A stretch of DNA of 64,000 nucleotides, from the NCBI GenBank assembly GCA_002432945.1, contig DJHE01000012.1, positions 3,055 through 67,054 on the forward strand, read 5' to 3'. The position numbers were made by a program, and so were the translations under genes. Below the pieces are notes generated by a model. That model was not told the DNA's origin and did no database searches. It was given only the letters and a program-made list of their open reading frames with translations. Shown piece after piece: positions 26,201 to 35,615 of this stretch. Position 1 is the stretch's first letter, and each line of letters starts with the position of its first letter. Origin of the DNA: Synergistaceae bacterium UBA5827. GTDB taxonomy: Bacteria; Synergistota; Synergistia; Synergistales; 79-D21.

Positions 26201-26659
26201 TTACCGATTCAAGGTTCCTTCCTTAACCAGTTCTTCGACCCATGTCTCAACCTGTTGCCGGATCTCGTCACGGATCAGCCGGGTCTTCTCCAGCTTTTCT
26301 TCCCAGGTTCCTTCCAGTGTTGCGGGATCCTCGAACGGCCAGTGGAGCCTCTTGCAGACGCCGGGGAAAATCGGGCATTTCCCGGCCTTGGCGGCATCGC
26401 ACACGGCGATGACGTAATCATACAGCCGTCCCTGCTGGAACAGGTCGAAAACGCGCTGCATCCTTTTTCCTTCCAGGTCGATGCCGATTTCTTTCATGAC
26501 CTCCACGACAAGCGGGTTGATCCGATCGGCCAGTTCCAGGCCTGCACTCTCGACCTCGAAGGCCTCCCTGCCGATTTTCTTTAGAAAAGCCTCCGCCATC
26601 TGGCTTCGAGCGCTATTGTGTCCACACAGGAAAAGGACCTTGATTGTTTTTCCCGGCAA
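26201..26659 (-). CDS. arsC: Arsenate reductase / low-molecular-weight phosphotyrosine phosphatase family
   Basis: VLFLCGHNSARSQMAE matches the CX5R(S/T) P-loop. The TTG start at 26659 lies 7 nt after GGGAGGG. Confidence 0.8.
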   Translation of the reverse strand: MPGKTIKVLFLCGHNSARSQMAEAFLKKIGREAFEVESAGLELADRINPLVVEVMKEIGIDLEGKRMQRVFDLFQQGRLYDYVIAVCDAAKAGKCPIFPGVCKRLHWPFEDPATLEGTWEEKLEKTRLIRDEIRQQVETWVEELVKEGTLNR

Positions 26660-26816
26660 GACTCATCCCTCCCGATCATTCGGCTGCCGCTCCAATATAC
26701 GCGAGAGGGGCAGGAATGTTGTATCGGAAGTGTTCCAGTTTGGTTACAGGGTAGTTCTCCTGGTCGATGCTTGGCAATATGCCTTGCTATCAGGCAATCC
26801 GTTCCAATCGCACAGA

Positions 26817-26849
26817 AGAAAATAAAGCGCCTCGCCGGGGGCAAGGCGC
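26817..26849 (-). terminator. Terminator after brnQ
   Basis: On the minus strand, GCGCCU...AGGCGC is followed by UUUAUUUU. Confidence 0.5.
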
Positions 26850-26878
26850 AGGTCAGGGAAATTTTTTCCCTGTCGGTT

Positions 26879-28198
26879 TTAGGCTTCTCCTGAAGTCTTG
26901 ACCTTGGCGGCGCGTGCCATGAACAGCGATCCCAGGACGAGGCCGGCAATTGTCGGCACGACCCACGGGAATCCCTGCTGGCTCAGGGGCATGGCAGCTA
27001 CGACCTGCTGCATCCAGGAAACTTCGAAACCGGCGACCTTCACGGCGTCGAAGAATCCGAAAAGGAGGGCCATGCAGACTCCGCCGAGAAGCATGGGACG
27101 GAATTTCTCGACGTCGAGGAAGTAGGTCCCGAGAATGATCACGATCAGGGCGGGATAGAGCAGCATCAGGAAGGGAACCGTGTAGCCGACAATGCGTGAA
27201 AGCCCGACAAGTCCAAGGGCGAAACCGCACGCGCTGGAGGCAATGACCACCGTTTTGTAGCTTAGCTTACCGTCGGTGACCTGTTCGAAGAACGTTCCCG
27301 CAGTCGCGGTCAGGCCTGCGGAAGTGGTGAAGCAGGCCAGGGCCATGAGCAGGGCAAAGATCGTCATGCCCGGTGTCCCGAAAAGGTGGGTCGTCACCTT
27401 CAAGGGCAACTCTCCCAGGCTGGCTCCCGGGTATACCGCTCCTGCACTGGCACCGAGCCAGGTGAGGCTCATCTGGGTCACGCCGAGGAGAACGACCGTC
27501 ACCAGCCCGACGCGGACCAGGTTCCTTTGCTGGGCTCCTTCATCGGTGATTCCTTTCAGGGAGAACACGTTCAGGATCCAGCCTCCCATCAGGACGGCTG
27601 CGATGGCGTTCATCGTGTTGAAGCCAAAATTGAAGCCCACCCCGAACGCGGCTTTCGAGGTAACCGTGCTGGCAACGGGCATGGCGATGGGGGAAGTGAC
27701 CCCTTTGAAGGCGATTGCCGTGATGAAGAGGACCAGGGCCGGGGAAAGGATGTTCCCGAGCCGGTCTACGACAGCGGTACGGTTCAGGCAGACATAGGCA
27801 TTCAAGGCGAAAAACACTCCCAGGGTGAGCGCGATGGCGGTACCCGGGAAGAAAGGCAGGATCGACATTTCATGGGTGGCGGAAGCCACGCGCGGCAGGA
27901 TGAAGACGGGCCCGACCACCAGCATCAGGATGGCCCCGAATACTTTGCCCCAGAAGGGGGTGATAATTTCACCGGCCATGTGGGCGATGCCCACCCGGTC
28001 CTTGGCCATCGCCAGGTAGCCGAGGTACGCGATGACCGTGTTCACGAAAAAGTAGCCCAGGCCGGCGATGAGCCATAGCGATCCCGTATCCAGGCCCAAC
28101 TTGCCCGGGAAAATAATGTCTCCAACCCCAAAGTGGGCGCTGAACAACGCCAGTCCGATCGTAAGAATCCCTGTTAACTTCAGGTCCTGTTCCGACAT
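26879..28198 (-). CDS. brnQ: Branched-chain amino acid transport system II carrier protein
   Basis: 439 aa with about 12 TM helices. The N-terminus GLALFSAHFGVGDIIFPGKLG is typical of LIVCS/BrnQ. SD GAGGAGGG. Confidence 0.9.
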   Translation of the reverse strand: MSEQDLKLTGILTIGLALFSAHFGVGDIIFPGKLGLDTGSLWLIAGLGYFFVNTVIAYLGYLAMAKDRVGIAHMAGEIITPFWGKVFGAILMLVVGPVFILPRVASATHEMSILPFFPGTAIALTLGVFFALNAYVCLNRTAVVDRLGNILSPALVLFITAIAFKGVTSPIAMPVASTVTSKAAFGVGFNFGFNTMNAIAAVLMGGWILNVFSLKGITDEGAQQRNLVRVGLVTVVLLGVTQMSLTWLGASAGAVYPGASLGELPLKVTTHLFGTPGMTIFALLMALACFTTSAGLTATAGTFFEQVTDGKLSYKTVVIASSACGFALGLVGLSRIVGYTVPFLMLLYPALIVIILGTYFLDVEKFRPMLLGGVCMALLFGFFDAVKVAGFEVSWMQQVVAAMPLSQQGFPWVVPTIAGLVLGSLFMARAAKVKTSGEA

Positions 28199-28222
28199 GG
28201 ATGATTTCCCTCCTCTCGTTTC

Positions 28223-29092
28223 TCAGAAACGGAAAACGGTTCCGGAACCCATCGTCGTAAACTTCTTGCCGAATTTCGCGTACAACGCTGCCTGGGCCCT
28301 GAAGCCGGTGCAATGTCCAGCCGCAACCAGGGAAGGCGAGAACTCGGCAAGGGCCGATGCGGTTTTCTCGATTCTCTCTTCGGATGCTTCCACCAGGTGC
28401 AGGCCGCCGATCACTCCTTCGACGCGCTCATTTGGGGCGGCAGCGTGCTTCAGGATGTTGATGATCCCCGCATGGCTGCAGCCGGTGATGATGACAAGTC
28501 CCTTACCCTCTATCCTTGCTGCAAGGGAAAGATCGTCCGGCATGCTGTCCGGGACCACCCGGCCGTTTTCGTCCAACGTGGAAAGCGCGATTCCCACTTC
28601 TTCGAAATCCGTGACCCTCGGCACCTCGCCGGTGGTGGAAAGCCCCGGCATCAGCTGGAGCGGACCAGAAACCAGGACAAGCTCAGCGCCTGCTGCCCTG
28701 AGGTCCTCGGGTTTATCGCCCTGCATCACGCCGACGTGCTGGAAAAACGGATCCGTGACGAAATTTAGCCTGAAAAGGGCCGGATGGGCGATGACGGGCA
28801 GGTCCTTCCTGCCGATGGCTTCCAGGATCCGGGTCAACCCCTGCGTGTGATCGTAGTGGCAATGGGTCAGTACGACCGCATCGGTCTCGGCGAGAGAGAT
28901 ACCGAGTTTCCCAACGTTGAAAAGCAGGGCTTCCGGGTTCTGCCCCACGTCAACGAGGATCCTTTTGGTGATTCCTTTCCTTTCCGCCTCCAGCCAGTAG
29001 GACACCCCATGCTGGCCGAGAAGCGGGCTTTCGTAAGGAACACTGTCTTCCGCCAATACGGTTACGGTCAGTTTGTCCAACACCATTCCCAC
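28223..29092 (-). CDS. MBL fold metallo-hydrolase (COG1237-like)
   Basis: The metal motif THCHYDHTQG and a later GCSHAGIINIL block are present. Start is GTG 29092 or ATG 29086. It is a paralog of 30095..30916. Confidence 0.8.
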   Translation of the reverse strand: MGMVLDKLTVTVLAEDSVPYESPLLGQHGVSYWLEAERKGITKRILVDVGQNPEALLFNVGKLGISLAETDAVVLTHCHYDHTQGLTRILEAIGRKDLPVIAHPALFRLNFVTDPFFQHVGVMQGDKPEDLRAAGAELVLVSGPLQLMPGLSTTGEVPRVTDFEEVGIALSTLDENGRVVPDSMPDDLSLAARIEGKGLVIITGCSHAGIINILKHAAAPNERVEGVIGGLHLVEASEERIEKTASALAEFSPSLVAAGHCTGFRAQAALYAKFGKKFTTMGSGTVFRF

Positions 29093-29242
29093 CCCCTTCG
29101 AATTTAATGAAACGCAATGGAGAAAGTTTTGGGCATATGCTCTATTTTGTCAATATGGCGCTTTAGATTAAAGTTTTTATAATGAACCTCATTATCAACA
29201 CGACAGACCGCGGTATGGGTTTGAATGGCGGCGGGAGTGATT

Positions 29243-29542
29243 TCATGGTAGGGATGTGGAGAAGCCCTCGCGTTCGAGCAGCAGGGCGCACCCTTTTACA
29301 AGGGCTTCCGCGGTTTTGCGCCTTGCCGAGGAAAGGATGCGCCCAAAAGTCTGACGGGAGATTCCCATCTTTTCGGCAGCCCGGGCGTGGTATTGGCCTT
29401 CCAGGTCCGCGAGGCGCAAGGCCTCGAATTCGTCGGCATGCAGGACCACCTCTTCGAGATCCTTCTTCGGCACTCCGGCGGGTTTGAAAACCCAGGCAAC
29501 AGGGCTTCCTTCGATCTTTGGGCAGCAACGAGGTCTCGGCAA
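29243..29542 (-). CDS. DUF134 (UPF0251) domain-containing protein, putative DNA-binding
   Basis: The TTG start at 29542 lies 6 nt after GGGAGGG and gives (M)PRPRCCPKIEG, matching the family N-terminus MPRPRKCRR. The HTH-like segment is AAEKMGISRQTFGRIL. Confidence 0.8.
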   Translation of the reverse strand: MPRPRCCPKIEGSPVAWVFKPAGVPKKDLEEVVLHADEFEALRLADLEGQYHARAAEKMGISRQTFGRILSSARRKTAEALVKGCALLLEREGFSTSLP

Positions 29543-30087
29543 GTTCTTCCCTCCCATCGGGATCTTTCGCCAGTGAGCATTTCAATGGCTTCGAGGATTC
29601 CATTCTATCAAGCCTGTTTTCAGGTTCCCGCCCGGCTATGGTGGCGGCCATAGGGACCATACTGATCCCGGCCATGGTGAAGGTCGACGCTTCGGTAGAT
29701 TTTGCGGTCGTAATGTTCATCATTGCATTTGCTAGTGTTTTTGCCTGGGTCTTGGCGACCAGTCACTTTGCCACGGATCTTCCCGAGAAATTGCTGTCCA
29801 TCACATCCAATAAAAGAATCCTCCTGCTCTTGATCAATGGTATCCTGTTCCTATCCGGTTGTTTCATCGACGCCGCATCGGCCAATTACATTTTCCTGCC
29901 CATTATGCTGCCGGTTATTAGACAACTGGGAGTCGCCCCGATCGTTTTCGGGGTTTTCATGACCATGAATCTGGCGATCCGGATGAGAACCCCGCCAATA
30001 GTTCTTGCCCTGGTGACGTTCATCCCCACGCTTTCCCTGTGGCTACCCAATTTGATGGGTATCAAGCAACAAGTTGAAAAACAATAA
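29518..30087 (+). pseudogene. Decayed TRAP transporter large permease (DctM-like) remnant
   Basis: The translation contains three non-contiguous DctM-like blocks: SGSRPAMVAAIGTILIPAMVK; ILLLLINGILFLSGCFIDAASANYIFLPIMLPVIRQLGVAPIVFGVFMTMNLAI..TPP; and FIPTLSLWLPNLMG. About 150 of the ~425 expected residues remain. There is no start context and no DctQ or DctP nearby. Confidence 0.6.
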
Positions 30088-30094
30088 AGAGGCG

Positions 30095-30916
30095 ATGGGA
30101 ACCATGCGTCTTTCAATAATCGCAGAAAACTCCACCCGCTCCCCGCTTATCCAGCCCGAATACGGGCTTAGCCTGCACGTATCTACAGGAGAAGCTTCCA
30201 TCCTCGTCGACACGGCCCAGGGAATGGGGCTTTTCGCGAACGCAGGGAGAATGGGTATTGATCTCGCAGCCCTGGACATGCTGGCCTTGAGCCATGGTCA
30301 TTTCGATCACGTCGGTGGGGTGGCTTCTCTCTATTCCTTCCACGGGCCGATGCCGCTTTGGGCGCACCCGGCTGTTGATGGAAGGCACTCCAGGTTGAAG
30401 AACGGAAAAGTGCATTTTATCGGTTTTCATGTCAACAAGGCCGCCATCGATTTTCGCCCCGTGACCGGCCAGGTGGAGATCGCATCCCGGTTCTGGGCCC
30501 TGGAAGTTCCAATGGAGCGGAGAGACCCGGAGTTCATGAAAAACCCTCCGCACCTTGTCCTGGATGGTCCGGGAGGCCCGATCCCCGATCCTTTCGAGGA
30601 TGATTTGTCTTTCGTGGTGGAAGGGGAGAAGGGGATCAGCGTGCTCCTGGGGTGTGCCCATGCGGGAGTAGTGAACATCCTGGAAGAGGTCGCCCGGGTA
30701 TTCGGGACACGGGCCTTTTTCTCCGTTGCAGGCGGGATGCACATGGCGGACCAGGACGAAGATTTCACGGAAAAAGTTGTGGAGGTCCTGGCCGGACGGT
30801 TTTCGGTGCGTAAGTGGTACCCTTGCCACTGCACGGGCTTCAAGGCTGCTTCTTTATTGGGTTCCCGGGGACAAAACGTGGATTGGGGTTACGCCGGGAC
30901 ATCGATTGAGCTTTAG
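30095..30916 (+). CDS. MBL fold metallo-hydrolase (COG1237-like)
   Basis: ATG 30095 follows AGAGG. SHGHFDHVGG and GCAHAGVVNIL parallel the blocks of 28223..29092. Confidence 0.8.
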   Translation: MGTMRLSIIAENSTRSPLIQPEYGLSLHVSTGEASILVDTAQGMGLFANAGRMGIDLAALDMLALSHGHFDHVGGVASLYSFHGPMPLWAHPAVDGRHSRLKNGKVHFIGFHVNKAAIDFRPVTGQVEIASRFWALEVPMERRDPEFMKNPPHLVLDGPGGPIPDPFEDDLSFVVEGEKGISVLLGCAHAGVVNILEEVARVFGTRAFFSVAGGMHMADQDEDFTEKVVEVLAGRFSVRKWYPCHCTGFKAASLLGSRGQNVDWGYAGTSIEL

Positions 30917-30940
30917 AAAACGACCGGTGACGCTATTTTT

Positions 30941-30986
30941 CTGAAGGGCAATCCCGGGCAAAATAAACGGGATTGCCCTTCTTCAG
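30941..30986. terminator. Bidirectional hairpin
   Basis: GAAGGGCAATCCCG/CGGGATTGCCCTTC forms a 14-bp perfect stem between convergent genes. Confidence 0.75.
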
Positions 30987-31010
30987 TTCTATCCCATAAT
31001 TTTTCCCGGA

Positions 31011-31976
31011 TCACAGATCCTCGTAAAGGTCCGTGCTGAGGTACTTCAGCCCGCTGTCGTTGAGCGTCAGGACGATGTTCTTTCCCCGCTCGATCCCCCC
31101 GAGGAGTTTCAGGGCCGCGCACACGTTCGCGCCGGAGGAGAAACCGGCAAATACACCCTCTGTCCGGGCAAGGGCCCTCGCGGTTTCTATCGCTTCCCCG
31201 TCGGAAACCTGGATGAACCCGTCGATCAGGGTCTTGTCCACGAGGGGCAAATCCATGCTGTACCCGCCCCCCTGGATCTTGTGGGCACCGTCCGTAATGC
31301 AGTGCCCCGCGTAGATCGCCGCTGCGCAAGGCTCGACGGCATAGCAGCGGATGTCTTTCCTGAATTTTTTCAGGCCGCTCGCGCAACCCTGGAAAGTGCT
31401 CCCGCTCCCGAGAAAATCGACAAACACGTCGATGTTTCCGGAAGCCTGTTCCCACATCTCTTTCGCCGTGTGCTGTTCGTGCGCGTTCACCGTGGCGGCC
31501 AGGTTGAACTGGTCTGCACGGAATGCGCCTCGTTCCCTCGTGATCCTTTGTGCGGTTTCCTCGACGCGGGCGAGATCTTCGCCCGACACCTGCCCCTTGA
31601 CGGACCCGGGAGCCTGGTCCACCAGCACGACTTCCGCCCCAAGCGCTTTCATCATTCGTGCCCGCTCGGTGGAGTTGCCTTTCGACATGCAGGCGATAAA
31701 GTGGTACCCCTTGACGGCGCAAACGATGGACAGGCCGGTCCCGGTGTTGCCGCTCGTCAGCTCGACGACGGCCTGGCCTTTCTTCAGCAACCCGGCTTCT
31801 TCGGCTTCTTCGATCATCTGCAGAGCAACGCGATCCTTCTTGCTGAATCCAGGGTTCAGGTATTCCATCTTGGCGAAGATATTACCCTCGACGCCGGCCT
31901 GGGCCGCGATGCGGGAAAGGTGGACCATGGGGGTGTTGCCGATCGCCTCGTTCACACTTTTTAAAATTCTCGACAT
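31011..31976 (-). CDS. PLP-dependent cysteine synthase family protein (CysK/CBS-like)
   Basis: ATG 31976 follows AGGGAGG. The motifs GNTPMVHLSRI, the PLP-Lys region NPGFSKKDR, and TSGNTGTGLS are present. Confidence 0.85.
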   Translation of the reverse strand: MSRILKSVNEAIGNTPMVHLSRIAAQAGVEGNIFAKMEYLNPGFSKKDRVALQMIEEAEEAGLLKKGQAVVELTSGNTGTGLSIVCAVKGYHFIACMSKGNSTERARMMKALGAEVVLVDQAPGSVKGQVSGEDLARVEETAQRITRERGAFRADQFNLAATVNAHEQHTAKEMWEQASGNIDVFVDFLGSGSTFQGCASGLKKFRKDIRCYAVEPCAAAIYAGHCITDGAHKIQGGGYSMDLPLVDKTLIDGFIQVSDGEAIETARALARTEGVFAGFSSGANVCAALKLLGGIERGKNIVLTLNDSGLKYLSTDLYEDL

Positions 31977-32111
31977 CGTATGGCCTCCCTCGAAATTACG
32001 CTTTACTGTCACGAAGAACCAGGTAAATCATAATGCTGGAAGGGGAAGAACGCACGGCTGTAAAATGGGAAAGCTGGATCGATCTTATAGGAAGAAAAGA
32101 GGCGAGCCGCA

Positions 32112-32570
32112 ATGAGGAGAAATGACAGGGCGATCACCGACCCGGCCGAACTGGAGTCGATACTCAGGGAAGCGGTTGTCTGCAGGATGGGGCTCTGTGA
32201 CGGAGAGGTTCCCTACGTGGTTCCCATGAACTACGGCTATCGGGACGGGAGTGTTTTCCTCCATTCCGCCATCGAGGGAAGAAAAATCGAACTCCTGCGA
32301 AAGAACCCGAACGTTTGCCTCGAGTTCGAGAAGGACGTCGAACTAATTCCCGCCGAATCGGCATGCAGCTTCAGCATGAAGTACCGCAGCGTCATCGCCT
32401 CGGGGAAGGCCGTTTTCCTTGAAGGCCCAGAAGAGAAGGCGCAGGGGCTTAACGTCATCATGGGCCAGTACACGGGGAAGGAATTCGAGTTTCCGCCACA
32501 GGCCCTGGAACGGATCGTCGTCATCCGGGTCGACCTTGAAGACTGTTCAGGCAAGCACAACCGCTGCTGA
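32112..32570 (+). CDS. Pyridoxamine 5'-phosphate oxidase family protein (NimA-like)
   Basis: MRRNDRAITDPAELESIL...GEVPYVVPMNYGY is typical of this family. Confidence 0.85.
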   Translation: MRRNDRAITDPAELESILREAVVCRMGLCDGEVPYVVPMNYGYRDGSVFLHSAIEGRKIELLRKNPNVCLEFEKDVELIPAESACSFSMKYRSVIASGKAVFLEGPEEKAQGLNVIMGQYTGKEFEFPPQALERIVVIRVDLEDCSGKHNRC

Positions 32571-32598
32571 GGAATTGACCAGGAAAGGGTGATTGTCA

Positions 32599-33183
32599 TT
32601 GAAGAAGGTTTGCCTGCTCCTTGCGGACGGGTTCGAAGCCGTCGAGGCCAGCGTCTTTACCGATGTCCTGGGCTGGAACCTCTACGAGGGGGACGGTTCC
32701 ACGAAGGTCGTGACCTGCGGAACCCTGCCGGAGTTGAAGTGCACCTGGAACTTCACCGTGATCCCCGAGATGTTGATCGAGGACTTGGACGTTAACGAGT
32801 TCGACGCCCTTGCCATCCCCGGAGGTTTCGAGGAAGCTCATTTCTACCGGGGGGCCTTCAGCGATCCGTTCCTGGATGCAATCCGGGAATTCGACCGGCA
32901 GGGAAAAATCATCGCCACGATCTGCGTCGCGGCCCTGGCCGTTGCAAAGAGCGGTGTGCTGAAGGGGCGAAGGGCCACGACCTACAACATCGGGGGCTGG
33001 AGGCAAAAGCAGCTTGCGGAAATGGGGGCCGTCGTGGTTCCCGACAGCAGGATCGTCGTGGACGGGAACATCATCACCTCGTACAACCCTTCCACGGCTT
33101 TCGATGTCGCATTCCTCCTGCTGGAGAAGCTGACCTCGACGGAGAACGCAGGCAAGGTCAAAGCCTTGATGGGCTTCAAGTAA
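32599..33183 (+). CDS. DJ-1/PfpI family protein
   Basis: (M)KKVCLLLADGFEAVEA...ICVAALAV shows the nucleophile-elbow Cys context. Start is TTG 32599 or TTG 32593. Confidence 0.85.
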   Translation: MKKVCLLLADGFEAVEASVFTDVLGWNLYEGDGSTKVVTCGTLPELKCTWNFTVIPEMLIEDLDVNEFDALAIPGGFEEAHFYRGAFSDPFLDAIREFDRQGKIIATICVAALAVAKSGVLKGRRATTYNIGGWRQKQLAEMGAVVVPDSRIVVDGNIITSYNPSTAFDVAFLLLEKLTSTENAGKVKALMGFK

Positions 33184-33194
33184 AAGAGGAGGTT

Positions 33195-33899
33195 CTATTT
33201 CTCCAGGAACTTGCCCAGAAGAAGGCTTCCCTCGAAGAGCAGGTAGAGAGGGACTCCCAGGAGGATTTGCGAAACCACGTCAGGCGGCGTTAGGAGAGCT
33301 GCGGCCAGGGCGATGGCCATGATGATCCACGGCCTGAGACGGGAAAGGGTACGGGTTGAAACAAGTCCTGTCCCGACAAGGATCAGCAGGAGGAGGGGGA
33401 GCAGGAACACGAGGCCTGCAGCGACCATTAGGGTAAAGAGGAAGGATGTATATTCGCCGAAACCCCAGAAGGGCAGGACATTGTCTCCCGGTGAGAAGGA
33501 GAGGAAAAACCGGAAGGCCAGGGGGGCGATCGCCCGGTAGGCGAAAGCCGACCCCGCTGCGAAAAGCAGGGGCGCGGCCAGGATTGCGAAAAGGAAAAAC
33601 CGGACCTCGTTTTTTCGGAGTGCCGGGTAGACGAAAAAGCTTGCCTGGAGGATGCACAGCGGAAGCGAGAGGACCACCCCGCCCCAGAAGGCGATCCTCA
33701 TGTAGGTCATGAACTTCTCGTAGGGCTTGAAATAGTAAAGAGACAGGCCCAGCCCCTCGAGGGGCGCCTGCAGGAAGGCCACGAGGTGTCCGGAAAGCGA
33801 AAACAGGAGGACGAAGGCCGCCAGGAAGAAGAGAAGCACACTCAGTATCTTCCTGCGGAGTTCCTCCAGGTGGTCGGTAAAATCTCCCTCATTCTTCAC
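33195..33899 (-). CDS. tatC: Twin-arginine translocase subunit TatC
   Basis: ORF trimmed to GTG 33899, which overlaps the tatA 3' end. FTDHLEELRRKIL is the TatC N-terminal signature. Six TM helices. Confidence 0.85.
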   Translation of the reverse strand: MKNEGDFTDHLEELRRKILSVLLFFLAAFVLLFSLSGHLVAFLQAPLEGLGLSLYYFKPYEKFMTYMRIAFWGGVVLSLPLCILQASFFVYPALRKNEVRFFLFAILAAPLLFAAGSAFAYRAIAPLAFRFFLSFSPGDNVLPFWGFGEYTSFLFTLMVAAGLVFLLPLLLLILVGTGLVSTRTLSRLRPWIIMAIALAAALLTPPDVVSQILLGVPLYLLFEGSLLLGKFLEK

Positions 33900-34074
33900 G
33901 TTTGTTCTCGTGATCCTCCTTCTCCTTTTCTTCCTGTTCTCCCGATTCGAATCCCTTCTTGAACTCGCGGATGGCGCTTCCCGCAGATCTTCCGATCTCG
34001 GGCAGCCTTTTTGCCCCGAACAGCAGTAGGGCAAGTGCCAGAAGCACGAGGATTTCTCCCATTCCAAGGTTCAT
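33889..34074 (-). CDS. tatA: Twin-arginine translocase TatA/TatE family subunit
   Basis: MNLGMGEILVLLALALLLFGAKRLPEIGRSAGSAIREFKKG is canonical TatA. ATG 34074 lies 8 nt after AGGAG. Confidence 0.85.
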   Translation of the reverse strand: MNLGMGEILVLLALALLLFGAKRLPEIGRSAGSAIREFKKGFESGEQEEKEKEDHENKREE

Positions 34075-34110
34075 TCCGTTCACTCCTTTCCTTTGGTTTG
34101 CCCTTGCAGC

Positions 34111-35601
34111 TTAAAAGGGAAATTCCTCAAGCGGGTCCAGTACCGGTCCATCGCCGGGGGCCGTCACCGATTTGGCGGTCCCGTGGGTGGGCAGTCCCCT
34201 GACGGTCATCGCCTTCGGGGAGGCGGGGCAGGCGAAATGGCACGCACCGCAGCCGATGCAGACGGAAGGGTCGACTTTCGGGATCGTAAGGCCGTCCCGG
34301 TAAGGAACCATGTGGGCGGCCTGGGTGGGGCAGTGTTCGGCGCAGGCCCCGCAGGCCGTGCCGTTTTTCACCACGATGCAGGCGTTCCTGTGAAACTGGG
34401 CCCGGCCGATCTGCACCCGCTGCTTTGCCTTGAGCGATAGGGGTTCGATGGCCCCGGTAGGGCAGACCGTGGTGCAGGAATTGCACTCGAACTGGCAGTA
34501 GCCGAAATCGTAGTCAAGTCGTGGCTGGAAAAGCCCTGAAGCTCCCCAGGCCATCAGGGCCGGGCGGATTATCCCTGCGGGGCAGGCCTTCACGCAGGCG
34601 GAGCAGGCGATGCATTTCCGGCTGAAGTTCTCATGGCTTCGCGAGCCGGGGGGAGAGATGGGCGGGTCCGTCGCCTCCGCGGTTCCCGATGCACCCAAAG
34701 GTTTCGCGTTCCTGCGGATGAAGGCAAGGCCCAACGCGGTCCCCAACCCCGCGGCGGCCTTAATGAACGTCCTTCTTTGAAGCCCTTCCTTACCTGGCAG
34801 GACCCCCAGCCGGAGAGCGCTGCCCGGGCAGGCTTCGATGCAGGAAAGGCAGAGCACGCAGCGATCGTGGTCTATTTTCCTTTCGAGTGCGGAAAGGCAG
34901 GCGGTGGGGCAGGCGACCTCGCACCGCCCGCAATTCGAGCAGGAACTTTCGTCGAAACGAATCTTCAAGACGGAATGGGAGGAGAAAAGCCCCAGGAAGG
35001 TTCCCACGGGGCACAGCCCGTCGCAGTAAGGACGCCCCCGTAAAACGGACCAGGCCGCGAGGGCGGCAAGGAAAAATCCCGCTGCGGCGGCGACGGGTGG
35101 AGCCAGGGGAGCGGAGGGAAGGGCGTGAAGAAAACGTGACGTGCCCCCTGGAAGGGGGATGGAAGCCAGGAGGTTGTTTATCGCCACGATAGTGGGGCGG
35201 AGGATTTGCGTGACACCCCTGCCGAAGTTGGCGAACGGGTCGAGAAGGTGAAGAAGCCCCAGGGTTCCCGCCGCCATGGAGATCACGGTGGCCGCCAGGA
35301 TCCAGTATCGAAGGGAGGTCCCCCTGCGATACCCTGCCATCCGGCGCTTTCCGAGCCCGTGAACGGCTTCCTGGAAAAGTCCCAGGGGGCACAGGAGGGA
35401 ACAAAAGAAACGCCCGGCCAGGAGCGTCATCCCGGCAAAAAGGAGAATCGTGATCTCCCACCGCAGGAGTGCGGGAAACACCTGGATTTTTGCACCAAAT
35501 CCCAGCAACCCGCTTCCACCGGCATCTCGCAGGAGGAACAAGGCCGCAAATCCTGACAGGAAGGTCCAAACAAGGAGTGGCCGCAAGCGAAGTTTTTTCA
35601 A
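34111..35601 (-). CDS. Membrane polyferredoxin: NapH-like N-terminal half fused to NapG-like C-terminal half
   Basis: ORF 34111..36294 trimmed to TTG 35601, 8 nt after GAGAGGAG and 14 nt after the DUF362 stop. It has TM helices with RFFCSLLCP and RPYCDGLCP motifs and six CxxCxxCxxxCP-type clusters. An internal QRRTFIKAAAGLGTALGLAF motif is present. Confidence 0.8.
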   Translation of the reverse strand: MKKLRLRPLLVWTFLSGFAALFLLRDAGGSGLLGFGAKIQVFPALLRWEITILLFAGMTLLAGRFFCSLLCPLGLFQEAVHGLGKRRMAGYRRGTSLRYWILAATVISMAAGTLGLLHLLDPFANFGRGVTQILRPTIVAINNLLASIPLPGGTSRFLHALPSAPLAPPVAAAAGFFLAALAAWSVLRGRPYCDGLCPVGTFLGLFSSHSVLKIRFDESSCSNCGRCEVACPTACLSALERKIDHDRCVLCLSCIEACPGSALRLGVLPGKEGLQRRTFIKAAAGLGTALGLAFIRRNAKPLGASGTAEATDPPISPPGSRSHENFSRKCIACSACVKACPAGIIRPALMAWGASGLFQPRLDYDFGYCQFECNSCTTVCPTGAIEPLSLKAKQRVQIGRAQFHRNACIVVKNGTACGACAEHCPTQAAHMVPYRDGLTIPKVDPSVCIGCGACHFACPASPKAMTVRGLPTHGTAKSVTAPGDGPVLDPLEEFPF

Positions 35602-35615
35602 GGGTTGCGCTCCTC

